From: Octopus vulgaris
Taxonomy: Eukaryota
DNA: 64,000 nucleotides
Assembly (NCBI GenBank): GCA_951406725.2
Contig: OX597831.1
Span: forward strand, 31,620,001 to 31,684,000
Reading direction: 5' to 3'
Of this stretch, positions 1 through 12,170 are shown piece after piece. Made by a program: the position numbers and the translations under genes. The notes beneath the pieces are model-generated. The model was given only the letters and a program-made list of their open reading frames with translations. It did not search any database and was not told where the DNA came from. Every line of letters begins with the position of its first letter. Position 1 is the first letter of the stretch.

Positions 1-711
1 AGGCGAACACATCACACACCCACACAGCTAGGTGACCCTGCTCGATGTGTAGAAAAGGTGTAGGTAGAAACTCCATAAGATGTACCCAGTGTAAGCTATG
101 GACACTTAAGAGGTGCAGCAACATCAAAGGAAGATTAACCGAGAAGATAGCATTTGTGTGTGGCAGATGCACAGGGGCAGTAAACACCACAGATGCTCAA
201 AAAACAGATTCCATCACACTCCAGGTGGAGAAACTAGAAGCAGTTGATAGCATCCACTACCTACGTGACCAAGTTGGTAGTGGTGGGGGGGATGCTCAGA
301 GTGTTACCACTAGAATAAGAATAGCCTGGGAAAAGTTTAGAAAGCTTCTATCCCTACTGGTGATAAAGGGCCTCTTGCGTGGAGTGAAAGGTAGATTGTA
401 TGATGCATGTGTACGAACTGCCATGCTTCACGGTTGTGAAACGTGGGCTGTGACTGAAGAAGACATGCGTAGGCTTGAAAGAAATGAAGCTAGTATGATC
501 CGCTGGATGTGTAACATCAGTGTGCACACACGACAGAGTGTAAGCGCCCTGAGAGAAATGTTGGATATAAGCATCAGATATGGTGTGCAAGAGAGACGTT
601 TGTGCTGGTATGGTCATATACTATGGATGGATGAGGAGAGATGTGTGAAGAAATGCCACTCCCAAACAGTTGAAGGAATCCGGGGTAGAGGTAGACCCAG
701 GAAGACATGGG
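1..711 (+). mobile_element. RTE-clade LINE fragment (C-terminal part of RT ORF), in ADPGK intron
   Basis: Translation has CGRC, 'RIRIAWEKFR', 'KGRLYDACVRTAMLHGCETW' and 'GRGRPRKTW', typical of RTE RT C-termini; closely similar to copies at 33.2-35.3 kb and 44.7-46.3 kb. Confidence 0.9.
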
Positions 712-770
712 ATTTGTTTTTATATTTTCTTCAGTTTGTTTAATAACATTAAGATCTGTTTTCTTTGTAG

Positions 771-996
771 GATCAATTCTTGTTTGGACATTATTATCGA
801 AGGAATTCCATTCTTGAAAGATCTCCACATTGAACCTGGGTCTGCCAAGGACCATTCACAACTTAAAACATTTGACCAGTTACAGGAAACCTTTACACAT
901 TATTTCACAAAAGGCTCTGCTGCCGAAAGAACATTCCAGGATGTGGAAGCTTTCAAGAAAATGGTTTCTGTGGCACAGTCACAGCCTAATGTTCAG
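771..996 (+). CDS. ADPGK: ADP-dependent glucokinase, first coding exon visible in the window (5' exons lie upstream)
   Basis: tttgtag| acceptor and |gtgagc donor; INSCLDIIIEG...KDHSQL...FTHYFTKGSAAERTF resembles ADPGK 'VNACVDVV...KDH...FMGKGAAAERFF'. Confidence 0.93.
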
Positions 997-1226
997 GTGA
1001 GCATCCTAACATCAGTTTTAATTGACCAAGAATTGCTTGATTGGAATGGTGGTAGTGGTGGTGTTGCTCTAGTGGCCACATAAGATTACATTCTACTTCG
1101 GACGGTTCTGGATATAACAGAGAGGTGGCATAGTGATGACTGTGGTATGTGCTGTGGTAGTGTTATGGTAGTTGCAATGTTAGGAGATAGTAGAAGTATT
1201 CAGCTGCTAATTTAAGAGGTAAAACA

Positions 1227-1905
1227 GGTGTGACTGTGGTGAGAAGTTTGCTTCCAAACCACATGGTTCCGGGTTCAGTTCCACTGTGTGGAACCTTAGG
1301 CAAGTGTCTCCTATAACCTCAGGGCGACCAAAGCCTTGTGAGTGGATGCGGTAGACACAAACTGAAAGAAGCCTGTCGTGTGTGTGTATATCATCATCAT
1401 CATCATCATCGTTTAATGTCCGTTTTCCATGCTGGCATGAGTTGGACAGTTTGATTTAAGACTGGCAAGCCAGGAGGCTACACCAGACACCAATCTGATC
1501 TGGCAGTGTTTCTACAACTGGATGCCCTTCCTAACGCCAACCACTCCGAGAGTGTAGTGGGTGCTTTTTACATGTTACTGGTATGAGGAGCTAGTCAGGT
1601 GGCACTGGTGAATGGTGCTTATAATGTGCCACCAGCACAGGTGCCAGTCAGTCCACAACTGCAATTTCCATTTTGATTTTGATCTTGATTTGATTATATA
1701 TGGGCTGTGGTCTTTGTGTCTGTCTACCACCACTGCTTGACAACCAATGTTGGTGCATTTACATCCCCATAACCTAGCAGTTCAGCAAAAGAGACTGATA
1801 GAATAAGTACTTAAAAAAAAAGTCCTGGGGTTGATTCATTTGACCAAAGATTCTTTAAGGGTGCCCCAGCATGGTCGCAGTCTGATGACTAAAACATAAA
1901 AAGAT
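1227..1905 (+). mobile_element. tRNA-derived SINE (family A) split by an antisense RTE 3'-UTR copy (about 1391-1690)
   Basis: Head 'ctgtggtgagaagtttgcttccaaaccacatggttccgggttcagttcc'; tail 'cagcatggtcgcagtc...aaaagataa'; inserted segment starts with (CAT)n. Confidence 0.75.
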
Positions 1906-2127
1906 AAGGACAATTCTTATTTTCCATTTCCAAAATATTTATTTTTCCTAATTCTTCAGTTGAAAAAACTGAAATTGACAGAAAATATCCTTCCACTCTG
2001 AATGTATCTGTTATTAACTCCACTTTTTGGGAAATGATTCTATTTTGGCAAACTATCAATTATTTCTTTAACTCTTCTTTCTTAAAGCCTCCTTAAGATT
2101 CATTTCTTTTTAATTTTCTATTTTCAG

Positions 2128-2193
2128 AAATATTTAGGTGGAAATGCTTTGTTAATGGCCAACAAAATTGCATTGAATTTTCCTGAGGTCAAG
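2128..2193 (+). CDS. ADPGK: ADPGK exon (66 nt)
   Basis: ttttcag| and |gtatgc; KYLGGNALLMANKIALNFPEVK contains the GGNA motif; phase 0-0; not in the ORF track. Confidence 0.93.
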
Positions 2194-2445
2194 GTATGCT
2201 ATATTTCCTCTCTTATTCTATCACACGTCACTTATTTTCTTGTTTTGCTTCTTTTTTTTTTTTTTTATTATACCCTCCTTCAGTGTCATTCCTGCAAATG
2301 TTGACTTGTAACAATTCTAAATGGCGTTAATGACATCTTGCTCATCTTTCTTAGAGATTCTGCAAAGGCCCATGAGCACTGCCCTTTCTTCTAAACTCAA
2401 AAATTTGTTTTGTATTATGCTAAACCTTTATCTCTCTCTCCCCAG

Positions 2446-2862
2446 GTGCAATATGTTGGTCCCATTGGCCCCAGTGTCCGAGAAGCGATGCCTCAAAACA
2501 TTGACGTTCCCAAAGAGAGCTTGCTGCCAGAGGATGAGGTTCACCTGATTCTAGAATACAAAGTAGGTGATGTGTGGGGCAACCACACCAGCATTGTGGC
2601 TAACCGTTTCATTCTCAACAACAACTTAGCCAACCTCAATGAAGCCCTCATGAAATTCTTCTTCAGTTCTTTAGAGATTTATCAGCCAGAGTTGATTGTC
2701 TTCTCTGGTTTGCACACATTCTCAGTACAAGATCTTGAACTCGGTGAGAGGAAGGTTAAAGAACTTGCCAAACACTTCCAGATGCTCCCTATCTCTGTTC
2801 CTGTACATCTGGAACTGGCTAGCATGACGGACCCAAACTTTGTCACATCATTGCTCAAAAAG
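2446..2862 (+). CDS. ADPGK: ADPGK exon (417 nt)
   Basis: cccag| and |gtcagt; GPIGP, DEVHLILEY, ANRFI, SGLH and VHLELASM motifs. Confidence 0.95.
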
Positions 2863-3660
2863 GTCAGTAATATATTCTATTTTTTACAGCTGATGTCCTT
2901 CGTTGTTCTGAGTTTAGGTCTCAATTCTGTGAATGTATGCAAGTGGGAGTGGGGGGGGGGGGGCGCAATTTTGATTGTTTTTCAAGAATGCAAGGCGACA
3001 GAATATTCTTTGAGTTCATTTGTAGTCTGTTAATGAATTTTTTGTAAAACCAAACATGAGTCATGTGAAAATTTAAACATTAGATTGTTGTTTATTTCAA
3101 GGGCAGCTCTGATCAAGGAAAACTATAATAATACAGCATTCCAGTTGTGACCACCCCACCTTTATGTCTTTCCCAAGTATAATGTATCTGGGATCACATT
3201 ATCATCTCTCAGCTATGTTGTTACATTAAGACAGTAGGATGTAGTTTGAGAAAGATAGATATTGTTTTGTTGTGGCGAGCATCATTGACACCCTTGGGGG
3301 ATTGGAAGAATGGACTAGCCAAACTCTTATAAAGAGTAGCCTATTGATTGAGACAAGAGGTCGGTAGGAGTTGTTGAGAGGCTGTTTTGGAGTCTTGCAA
3401 AGTATGTTATGTGAATGCATTGATTTTAGCTCCGCTTCATTAAATTATATATCTAACGTTTGTCAAGGATATGAAATATTTGAAGCAGGCTGAACAGCCA
3501 TGTAGAAGCTTGTGTGGACTGTGTAAGGCTGTCTGTGGGGACATGAGCAAGAATTGGGTGAAGTATGATCTATTGAGTCAGGGGCTGAGTCTCAAAGAAC
3601 TTTAATGTGTTTGTGGAAGAGGTTTATTTGGAATCTGAATAGTTTCTTGTTATTTTGCAG

Positions 3661-3768
3661 CTGATTCCACTGGTTTCTTCCCTTGGCCTGAATGAAGTGG
3701 AACTGGCACAGTTGTCATACCTAGGCAAAGGACCTCACACCAAAGATGGCCCTTCTCTCACATCAACG
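3661..3768 (+). CDS. ADPGK: ADPGK exon (108 nt)
   Basis: ttttgcag| and |gtaagt; SLGLNEVEL motif (human SLGLNEQEL). Confidence 0.93.
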
Positions 3769-3836
3769 GTAAGTAGAGTTGAAGACTGCTGTTTGATTCT
3801 GGTTAAGGAATTGAATTTTTTTAATTATTATTACAG

Positions 3837-4152
3837 AAAATCTTAAACACAGGATAGCTGTGAAAAATAAAAAGGCTTAGAAGATTGGGTAAATAACCTG
3901 AGAAGATGGAGAAAATATGGCCAAGAAGCAGCCACAGAGAACTGAACCCTGCACATTTCAAATTCTGGCCAAGCACTCTACCATTAAGCTAAGTGACCCC
4001 TAACTTAAGGATACGGAGTACTTGGCTGGAATTTGAAAGGTATAGGGTTCAGTTTTCAGTAGTGACTTGCTAGCCACTTCTTTTCCATTCTCTAAAGTTA
4101 TTTACCCCATCTTCTAAGCCGTTATCACAGCTAACCTGCATTCAAGATTTTT
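3837..4152. repeat. Palindromic element made of two divergent tRNA-like halves
   Basis: 'ggcttagaagattgggtaaataac' is complementary to 'gttatttaccccatcttctaagcc'; each arm has A/B-box-like text (tagcttaatggtagag...gggttcagtt). Confidence 0.75.
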
Positions 4153-4436
4153 TTTTACTTTCTGTAAAATGCCAAATTACTTGGTGCTTCTAAGTCGTTG
4201 GTAAAAAATGTTAATTGTCTTTCGTTTTTGATCTACAAATATCTAAAAATAGACATTGATCTCGTTATCATGACAATCATAGTGTAAATATTACCAACGA
4301 AAGAAACTATTAATAATTAAATATGCGAAAATGCATCAACTATTTAAAATCAGTCACAATTTGCATTTCATTAATCCAAATTAACTACATTTCTTATCAA
4401 GAAAGACGAGAAATGATTCTCACCATTTTGTTACTA

Positions 4437-4625
4437 TAATTCTTCCGGCCAACCCATGGACGGGTTATTTGCCCTGGACCAGAGGATAAATGGAAGCTAG
4501 GATCTCTTTCAATAAGGTCTCCTATTAGCCTAAACAGCAAACACAGAGACCGAATTTTCCAGTGGGTAGCACTTGAAATGACTACCTTTTGACAAAATTT
4601 CTTTATTCCACACACCACGCTTAGC
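4437..4625 (+). repeat. Single-arm copy of the 6965-7626 palindromic element
   Basis: Shares 'ccctggaccagaggataaatggaagcta...taaggtctc...ttagcctaaa' with about 7151-7213. Confidence 0.8.
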
Positions 4626-5484
4626 ATGGACAACGGATGATGATGATGAATTCGGTTGAAATGCATCCACTCATCATTATTGTTTAACGTCTGTCTTCCA
4701 TGCTGGCATGGGTGGGACCGCTGACAGGAGCCGGCCAGGCAGAAAACTACCCTAGGTTACTGTGTCTGTTTTGGCAGGATTTTTATGGCTGGATGCTCCT
4801 CTTAAAACCAACCACTCTACAGAGTGGACTCAGTGCTTTTCATGTGGCACTAGCACAGGTGAGGTTAGTTTTGGCATAATTTTTACAGCTGGATGCCCTC
4901 CCAAATGCCAACCACTTTACAATGTGGACTGGGTGCTTTTGAGTGGCCCCACTGCTTGCAAGTTGAGGAATTATGAGAGGGGCAGAGTTATTTGAGGAGA
5001 GGAAATTGTATCAAAGGATGAAGGGTTAGTGTTACAAAGAGACAGAGAGGTAGAAACAGGGGTATCTTGCTATAACGGAAGGGGTATTGGAGGCAGTGAC
5101 CCGGTATCAGATGATGAAAGGTTAGAGTGTGACAGAGAAATTAAAGGGGCAGAAACAGGTGTCTTGCTATAGAGGAGGTATATGATTACCCAAAGTGTTC
5201 AGAATATAAATTAACAGGAAATTTTAATGGAAGGTTTCAATTTAGACCAATTGGATCTTTCTGTTACTACATTTCTGTGATAATTCACTTCCTTTGTTCA
5301 ATTAATTTTGTCAGTCATGAAGAATTTGGTAAAATAACTTTGTCATTCTTAAGATGGTGTTTGGAACATAACATTGAGATTTTGATGAAAGGTTTCAGTT
5401 TTTATCACTTTAAAACAGAGTTTGTACCATAAAAGCAAGGATGGTCTCAGGTGGGTTGGTAGTCAAAGGATTAATCTTTTATCT

Positions 5485-5684
5485 CTTTATCTTTTACTTG
5501 TTTCAGTCATTTGACTGCGGCCATGCTGGAGCACTGCCTTTTAATCGAGCAACTCGACCCCGGGACTTATTCTTTTGTAAGCCCAGTACTTATTCTATCG
5601 GCATCTTTTGCCGATCTGCTAAGTAACGGGGACATAAACACACAAGCAATGCTAGGGGCACAAACACAGACACACAAACACACA

Positions 5685-5747
<63 letters not shown>

Positions 5748-5873
5748 CGGGCTTCTTTCAGTTTCCATCTACCAAATCCACTCACAAGGCTTTGGTCGGC
5801 CCGAGGCTATAGTAGAAGACACTTGCCCAAGGTGCCACGCAGTGGGACTGAACCCGGAACCATGTGGTTGGTA
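5485..5873 (-). mobile_element. tRNA-SINE family A with internal (TA)n
   Basis: Reverse complement of the element at 29853 and 32429. Confidence 0.85.
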
Positions 5874-6350
5874 ATGTGAACATAGTTTTAAAGGAAAACG
5901 AAATTTACATGACATCTAAGATTTAATTAACAAGTATTATAAGAAAGTGAATATAGACATATATGGTGGGAGTGAGAAGAGAAACAGCTAAGTGGGTAAC
6001 ATATTGAACGACCAACTTGTAAGTTTGTTGGAGGTATTATGTTGGGTTGCTAGATACGACTTGATGTAGTGTTCTAATTCACTTTGGAGATGGCAAAAGG
6101 TGGTGTGTATGTGCTTGTGTGAGTCTGAATTTACTAAAAAGACAGAAACTAGTCAATACAATAATAATGGAATTATTTGTGATGAGGAGGTTGCTCTCTG
6201 TTACTGCTCAGTTTTGCAGATGTCTGTCCCTGATTATGTAACTGAAATATAAGGCACAAGGCACTTTATAACAAAGATTTGTGTGGGCAGTCATTGAAAA
6301 AAAAATGTGTGTGTATTTAATATATGTATGTTTATGTGTGTGTGTGTATG

Positions 6351-6390
<40 letters not shown>

Positions 6391-6537
6391 AATGGATGAA
6401 TGAATTATCCTTTGTTTACCGTTAACAAGGAAAATTCAATAAACCGTTACCAGGGTAGCAAAATTCATGCCAGTAACACGGTTGAAGCGACCTATTCAAA
6501 GGTAGAAACTCCGAGTTAATGTGCAGTAATTTGTGTA

Positions 6538-6848
6538 TTATAAATAAATACATAAATGGAGTTGAACGAAGATGTTATTAAAATTCTTTTACTTTCGCCA
6601 TACGTTTCAAAGACAACATGGTTTTATTCCAAAAGAATAAACGGTGTAAAATGCAATCTTCTGTTTATCATTTAGGCAGTCATCGTAATTGTTATAATGT
6701 CTTGTTGTTGAGAGAGGCTCTCTCTTTCTTTCTTGATGAGAAGATTGCATTTTACACCATTTATTCCTTTGGAATAAAACCATGTTGTCTTCGAAACATA
6801 TGTCGAAAGTAAAAGAATTTTAATAACATCTTCGTTCAACTCCATTTA

Positions 6849-6861
<13 letters not shown>
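6538..6861. mobile_element. Inverted-repeat element (about 125-bp arms) containing a hammerhead motif; probable inverted Penelope-like pLTR relic
   Basis: 'aaatggagttgaacgaagatgttattaaaattcttttactttcg' has its reverse complement at about 6804-6847. Confidence 0.8.
6728..6809 (+). ncRNA. Type I hammerhead ribozyme motif (C3U core variant)
   Basis: Stem I CTTTC/GAAAG; core TTGATGA; stem II GAAGA...TCTTC; GAAA; palindromic stem III CATATG; GTC cleavage triplet. Confidence 0.7.
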
Positions 6862-6898
<37 letters not shown>

Positions 6899-6981
6899 AG
6901 TATATGTATTCTTTTACTTGTTTGACATTTGATTGCAGCCATGCTGGAGCACATGTTAAACCATAAAGTTAAAGTCTAGTC

Positions 6982-7047
6982 ATAGAGTGATCAATGGTTT
7001 CATATCTAGGGAAGCTACAATCTTGTGGACAACTCATCAGACTCAAT
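6982..7047 (-). ncRNA. Degenerate type I hammerhead motif (left arm)
   Basis: Minus strand reads ATTGAGT CTGATGA GTTGTC...GATAT GAAA CCATTGA TC ACTCTAT. Confidence 0.55.
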
Positions 7048-7560
7048 GCAAAGACAAATTTAACTTTTCACTTCGCAGATGCAGAGAAATACTAGGACAA
7101 AATGGTCAAACAGCTGTCAGAAAAAAACATTACTGAGGACAGGTTATTTCCCCTGGACCAGAGGATAAATGGAAGCTATGGTCCATTTCATTAAGGTCTC
7201 TTCTTAGCCTAAATGGCAAACGGAGAGACCCAATTTTCTTGTAGATAGCACATGAAATGAACATGTTTTGAGAGAACTTCTTTGATTATTTAATGCACCA
7301 GGCTTAGTATAGTTTTTAAGAATTTTTGTTTGCTCTGTGTTAAATAATCGTAAAGAAATTTTCTCAAAATGTGTTCAAGTGCAACCTACTGGAAAATTCG
7401 GCCTCCCTGGTTGCTGTTCAGGCTAATAAGGACCTTAACAAAATAGATCCTAGCTTCCATTTATCCTCTGGTCCAGGGGTCATAACCCGTCCTCATAACG
7501 ATTTTCTCTTACAACTGTTTGACCATTTTGTCCAAGGTGAAAAGTTAAATTTGTTTTTGT

Positions 7561-7609
7561 ATAGAGTCTGATGAGCTGTCCACAAGGCTGAAACCATTGG
7601 TCACTCTAT
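7561..7609 (+). ncRNA. Type I hammerhead ribozyme motif (right arm)
   Basis: Perfect stem I ATAGAGT/ACTCTAT; CTGATGA; weak stem II; GAAA; CCATTGG; GTC cleavage triplet. Confidence 0.7.
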
Positions 7610-8483
7610 GACCAGACTTTAACTTTGTTTTAATACTTACTGCTCTATTCTTAAGGGTGTGCTGTATTTTCTTGTGGCACTAGCAATAGAGACATTGACA
7701 AGCCCACACTATAACAAGACTGAAGGGACTTCTCATCACTAGTTTACATTTCCTTACTTCCTAACCACTGTTGAGTGTATCTACACATGCATAGAACAGG
7801 GTTCTTTCAATTTCTATCTCCCAAATCCATCCACAAAAGCTTTGGCTGACTCTCAAGCCTATAGCAGAAGGCACGGGCACAAGGTTCTTCACTGTGGAAT
7901 TGAACCTGAAATCATGATCACAGCCATATTAGTGCCTATCATACTATATATATATATATACATACACACACACACACACCAGAGTAAGCATATAAATGTG
8001 AAACAAGGTGGAAAAATAGTACTCAAATACCAGAGGTAGAGTAATATGCTTTATTAATAAAGCTGGAAAGACATCACAAAAACTTACTCAGAGTTTCACA
8101 TTCCTGTTCTTTGAACAGTTTTGGACCAAAACTGTCTTTGCAGCTTTATTAATAAAGTATACACCCCCCCCCCCCCACACACACACACATATGAAAGAAG
8201 GTTTGAAAATGCAATGTTAAAGTTGTTTATTCACTTGATTGGTTTCACTTTTTTTAGAAAAAGAGTGTCAAAAGTAAAATGTAAAAGCTTTGTATAAGCT
8301 TTGTTGTGTTAAGTACTGGTACCACAAAACTATTAAAATACAAATATACTTTCTTTGATAATAATAAGAAATTGTTAAAAACAGTTTACAAGGAAATATC
8401 TGAGAAAGTATTCAATAAAAAGTATTAGGAGTTCAATGAAAGTCATGTTTGTTTGGTAGTGTGTGTGTGTATATATATATATA

Positions 8484-8647
8484 ATACATACACAGAAGGA
8501 GATATATTTAAGAGTTTACAAAGAATTTGAGATCAACCAACCTGTTTTCCTAGCATTTTGACAAAACAAAAAACGCTAGGAAAGCAGGTTGGTTCCTCTC
8601 AAATTCTTTGTAAACTTTTAAATATATCTCCTTCTGTGTGTATGTAT
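8484..8647. repeat. Palindromic element (about 70-bp arms) in a TA/TG microsatellite
   Basis: 'cacagaaggagatatatttaagagtttacaaagaatttgag' vs 'ctcaaattctttgtaaacttttaaatatatctccttctgtg'. Confidence 0.85.
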
Positions 8648-9938
8648 ATATATATATATGTATATGTAAAAAGATACAAACTGGGACAAGAACGCAAAAC
8701 ATTTAGAAGACGATACAAAAAACACGGACGGGACATTCGAAGCCTTCAATCTTCAGTCAAGAACCGGATCATCCTCGCAATTTCGGTTGGTTATATATAT
8801 ATATATATATAAATTTACAGTAAAATGTAATGCAAACACAAGATAATTGTGAAACAAAGCAGGGCATTGAACAGGATAAAATATGAATAAATGGAACACC
8901 AACTTGGGACTGAAATCTTAATAGCTTAAAAATTAATTAGAAATCTTCTGTGATTTAATTGTAAGAGGTCTGTAATATACTAACACCTGTGTGTGGGAAA
9001 TGGTATACACCTCTCGGTATATAGAACTATGTGCACCTGTATGTGTAGAATAATTTACATCTCTCTGTAGGGGGGCAATTTATTGATTTGTGTGTGTATG
9101 GCCGTTTATGCCTGTGTGTGCACGCAGGTGCATGTAGGACAATTCTCTGCGTAGAATGGTAAGCACTTCTCTAATACGACAGTTTGTACCTGTGGATGTA
9201 GAACTTATTCCGTCTCCCCCCGGCTCTCTGACATTATACAAATGCTATGAGCATTCAATCATTTTCTTCTGACTAACAATGGTTATTCTGTCTCGTCCAA
9301 TTGTAACAATGTTGGTGGTTGATTGTTAATTAAACAGCATCCTGTTTCCCTTTATTTAGCTCTCAGTTAGCCCCAGTGGAGGGACTTGATTAAATGCTTT
9401 CTAGCTGGGACCATCCTGTCATTATTTCTGTTTTATTTAGACACAGTGTATCTTGGACATATGCAATGTAACACTTCCTTTAAGTCAGTAAGTAATGATA
9501 TAAAAAGTGACTTGGCTACTGTTTTTAGAAACTCAAGTGACCACATAGAACAGGATTTCTTCACCAGGAATGCCCATACACCTAGGAGTACTGACCACAA
9601 TCTCTGGTATTGCTTTCTTTAAATATCAAAATCTTTGAGATTTTCTCTCCTCTTCTATTATTACTGGTTATCCATTTATAAAGTAAAACAAAGCAACTCA
9701 AAAAGATTGATAATGATTTTAATGCTATGGAAAACCAGATACGAGGACACATTAGGCAATGTTTTAAGGGCCTGGAATTGTAAAAGGAACAAGAACCCCT
9801 CATATAATGGCTCTCCTTTGTTTGTCCATTTCACTTTTGTTTTTGTTGTTTTTTTTTATTGCAGGTGTAGTATGTAAGTGCATTTCTAATGTGCATGTAT
9901 TTAAACAGCCAAGTTGTTATTCTGTCATCTCATTGCAG

Positions 9939-10424
9939 GACAGTTCTTCAGGTTTTGCTGTCAACCAGCCGGAAATCCATAAAGTCTCCGACATAATCTT
10001 GTGGTTATTAAAAAACTTTGGCTACTCCAAAAAGGATTTCCCAGCATCCCGACTGACTCGCATTCATTTCCACTCCTTGACTTACCACATTGTAGGGGTC
10101 GTGCCTGACGCCTGGGAAAACAGTGAGTCAGCAGCAGCTGCTGGCACTCAAATAGCAGGGCGGCAGGCTTGTAATACAGAGCGGTTGGTATCTGAGGATG
10201 TGAAACTAAAGATTCCCAAAGCATTCCGCCTACATTCCAACGCCGAACCACGCTCTCTTGATGAGAAACGGCCAGTGATATCATGGGACTTGGAAGGGTA
10301 TCACTTTGTCTTCAGCCCTGTTCTGGTCTGTCAACATCCCAAGAGGACTGTCGGTTTAGGTGATGCAATCTCGTCTACAGGACTGATGTACTCAACTTTC
10401 AAAACTAAATATCGATTTCAGTAG
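9939..10424 (+). CDS. ADPGK: ADPGK last coding exon
   Basis: cattgcag| acceptor in frame; VSDIILW, LTRIHFHSL and catalytic TVGLGDAIS motif; TAG at 10422-10424. Confidence 0.95.
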   Translation, partial: DSSSGFAVNQPEIHKVSDIILWLLKNFGYSKKDFPASRLTRIHFHSLTYHIVGVVPDAWENSESAAAAGTQIAGRQACNTERLVSEDVKLKIPKAFRLHSNAEPRSLDEKRPVISWDLEGYHFVFSPVLVCQHPKRTVGLGDAISSTGLMYSTFKTKYRFQ

Positions 10425-12170
10425 ACTACAGGTTGCTGGAACTTCTTTAAAAAAAAAAAAAGCCAAAAAAAAAAAAAAAAAAAAGCAACTGTGATTATTT
10501 AAAGAAGAAATTTAATATTCTTAAAAAAAAAAAAAAACCCTACCGTTTTGTAAATATGAATGTATATATTGTTGGACTAATGTTTGGGCTGAAGGAATAT
10601 TTGTGGTATGACTTGGTGTGGTGTACAAATAACTTTTCTATGTTGGTTAAAAATTTTATAACAAATAGTATCATTGAGAAATATGTAAATTCAATGTTTA
10701 AAGAAGATTTATTCTCATTTAATTGTTAGGGATGGAAACAGGAATAGATTAGGAATAGAAGCAGTATTAATAGCAAATGGTAATCTTTGTATCCAGATTA
10801 TCGGGGAAATCTTGTTGGAACATGGATCACTTATTAATCACGAGAGATCCTCTCACATAGGCAATTTTTATTGAATAGTGACACTTAGGAGTTTGTATTT
10901 GTTACTTTGCCATAAACATGTAGTTTTTGAGAGAACTAAGCTACATGAAACACTTATCCCTTTCGTTACCAATCTGGCTCTGTAGTACGAATGTCTTCAC
11001 CAAACCGTAGTCAAAATTTACGTTCCTAAAACTAGCTGAATGATAACTAAGTTATTTTACTAATTTCTTTATTATATTTAAAGTAATTGAAAGAAACACA
11101 GTATCTCAACAGAAATACAGTAACGAAAGAGTTGAACAGATCTCCAGAGAACCTTTGTCCCGTCCACTCTGTATACAAAGAAGTTCCATCTTAGCCTCCA
11201 TGTGTTGATATATATTGTCTTGTAGTCATATATTGAGCACATTTAGTTGTGTCCCCGGAGTAACAGAAATGTCCAAGCACCACTGTAAAGGCTTTACAAT
11301 ATTCAGTTTCAAACCTCTAGCTTCTAGTTTCAACTCTTCCTGTTATCCTTCCTAAGTTAATAAAAAACGCACTTTGATCTTGTACCAGTTATATCCTAAG
11401 ATCAACTAAATTCTTTACATATGAAGTATGTACCAGTTATGTGCCAGGACCAACTAAAGTGTTCTCATTAAAATAATTAATGTGAGGGAATAATAATTAA
11501 ATGCAGGAAGGTCATGGTAGAGGTTCCCAATTACAGATCTTTCATAGAATTTTAATTTTTCATTGATCTCAGTTTCAAAACCTTGACAGATATCTGCCTT
11601 GTGTTATTGCAGATCTAAGGTGGGGTGAGGTAGGTTAATAAGAGTACCAGTAATATGCGTGGGTAAATTGTGTTCATAAAGTTTCTTGATACAACTACAT
11701 CTGGTCATTTGACTTGGTTAAATTCTGTTCTCATTTTTTACCACTTCCTCCCTGTTTGTCTGGGTAAAATCTTCATTTTTTTTTTTTTCTTTTTATGTAT
11801 TCTTCTTGCAAGGGTAAATTGATTTCTAACACCTGGCTACTCTTCCTTTCACCTGTAGCTTGCAACTATACTGAAAGGGAATCTGTTTATAAGTCTGACA
11901 AACTAAGGTGAGGAGAGTGTTTACAAACCTGTTTACAAACCAATAGTAGTAGTATCAGCAGCAGCAGCAGTTGTCAGTGACTTGGGATCATAGGGTGAGT
12001 AGGTTCCCAGATGGTAGATCTAGGAATGATCTAAATGAGGTGAATATTCCACATTTACCTCTCTCAGTAATAATTCTCTCTGACTTGGTGATCCATTGTT
12101 AGAAATCTTTAGACTTTTATCTGCAGTAGTTTACATGACTTGAGTTTATTGTTTTTGTGACTAGACTACA

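Larger units (their letters stand above)
6965..7626. mobile_element. About 660-bp palindromic element with a hammerhead motif near each end
   Basis: 'aaagttaaagtctagtcatagagtgatcaatggtttca' vs 'tgaaaccattggtcactctatgaccagactttaacttt'; arms align over roughly 320 bp. Confidence 0.85.

Noticed and set aside
10447-10540. Poly(A) runs just after the ADPGK stop suggesting a retrocopy
   Set aside because: The gene has canonical introns; the A-tracts are genomic 3'-UTR low complexity
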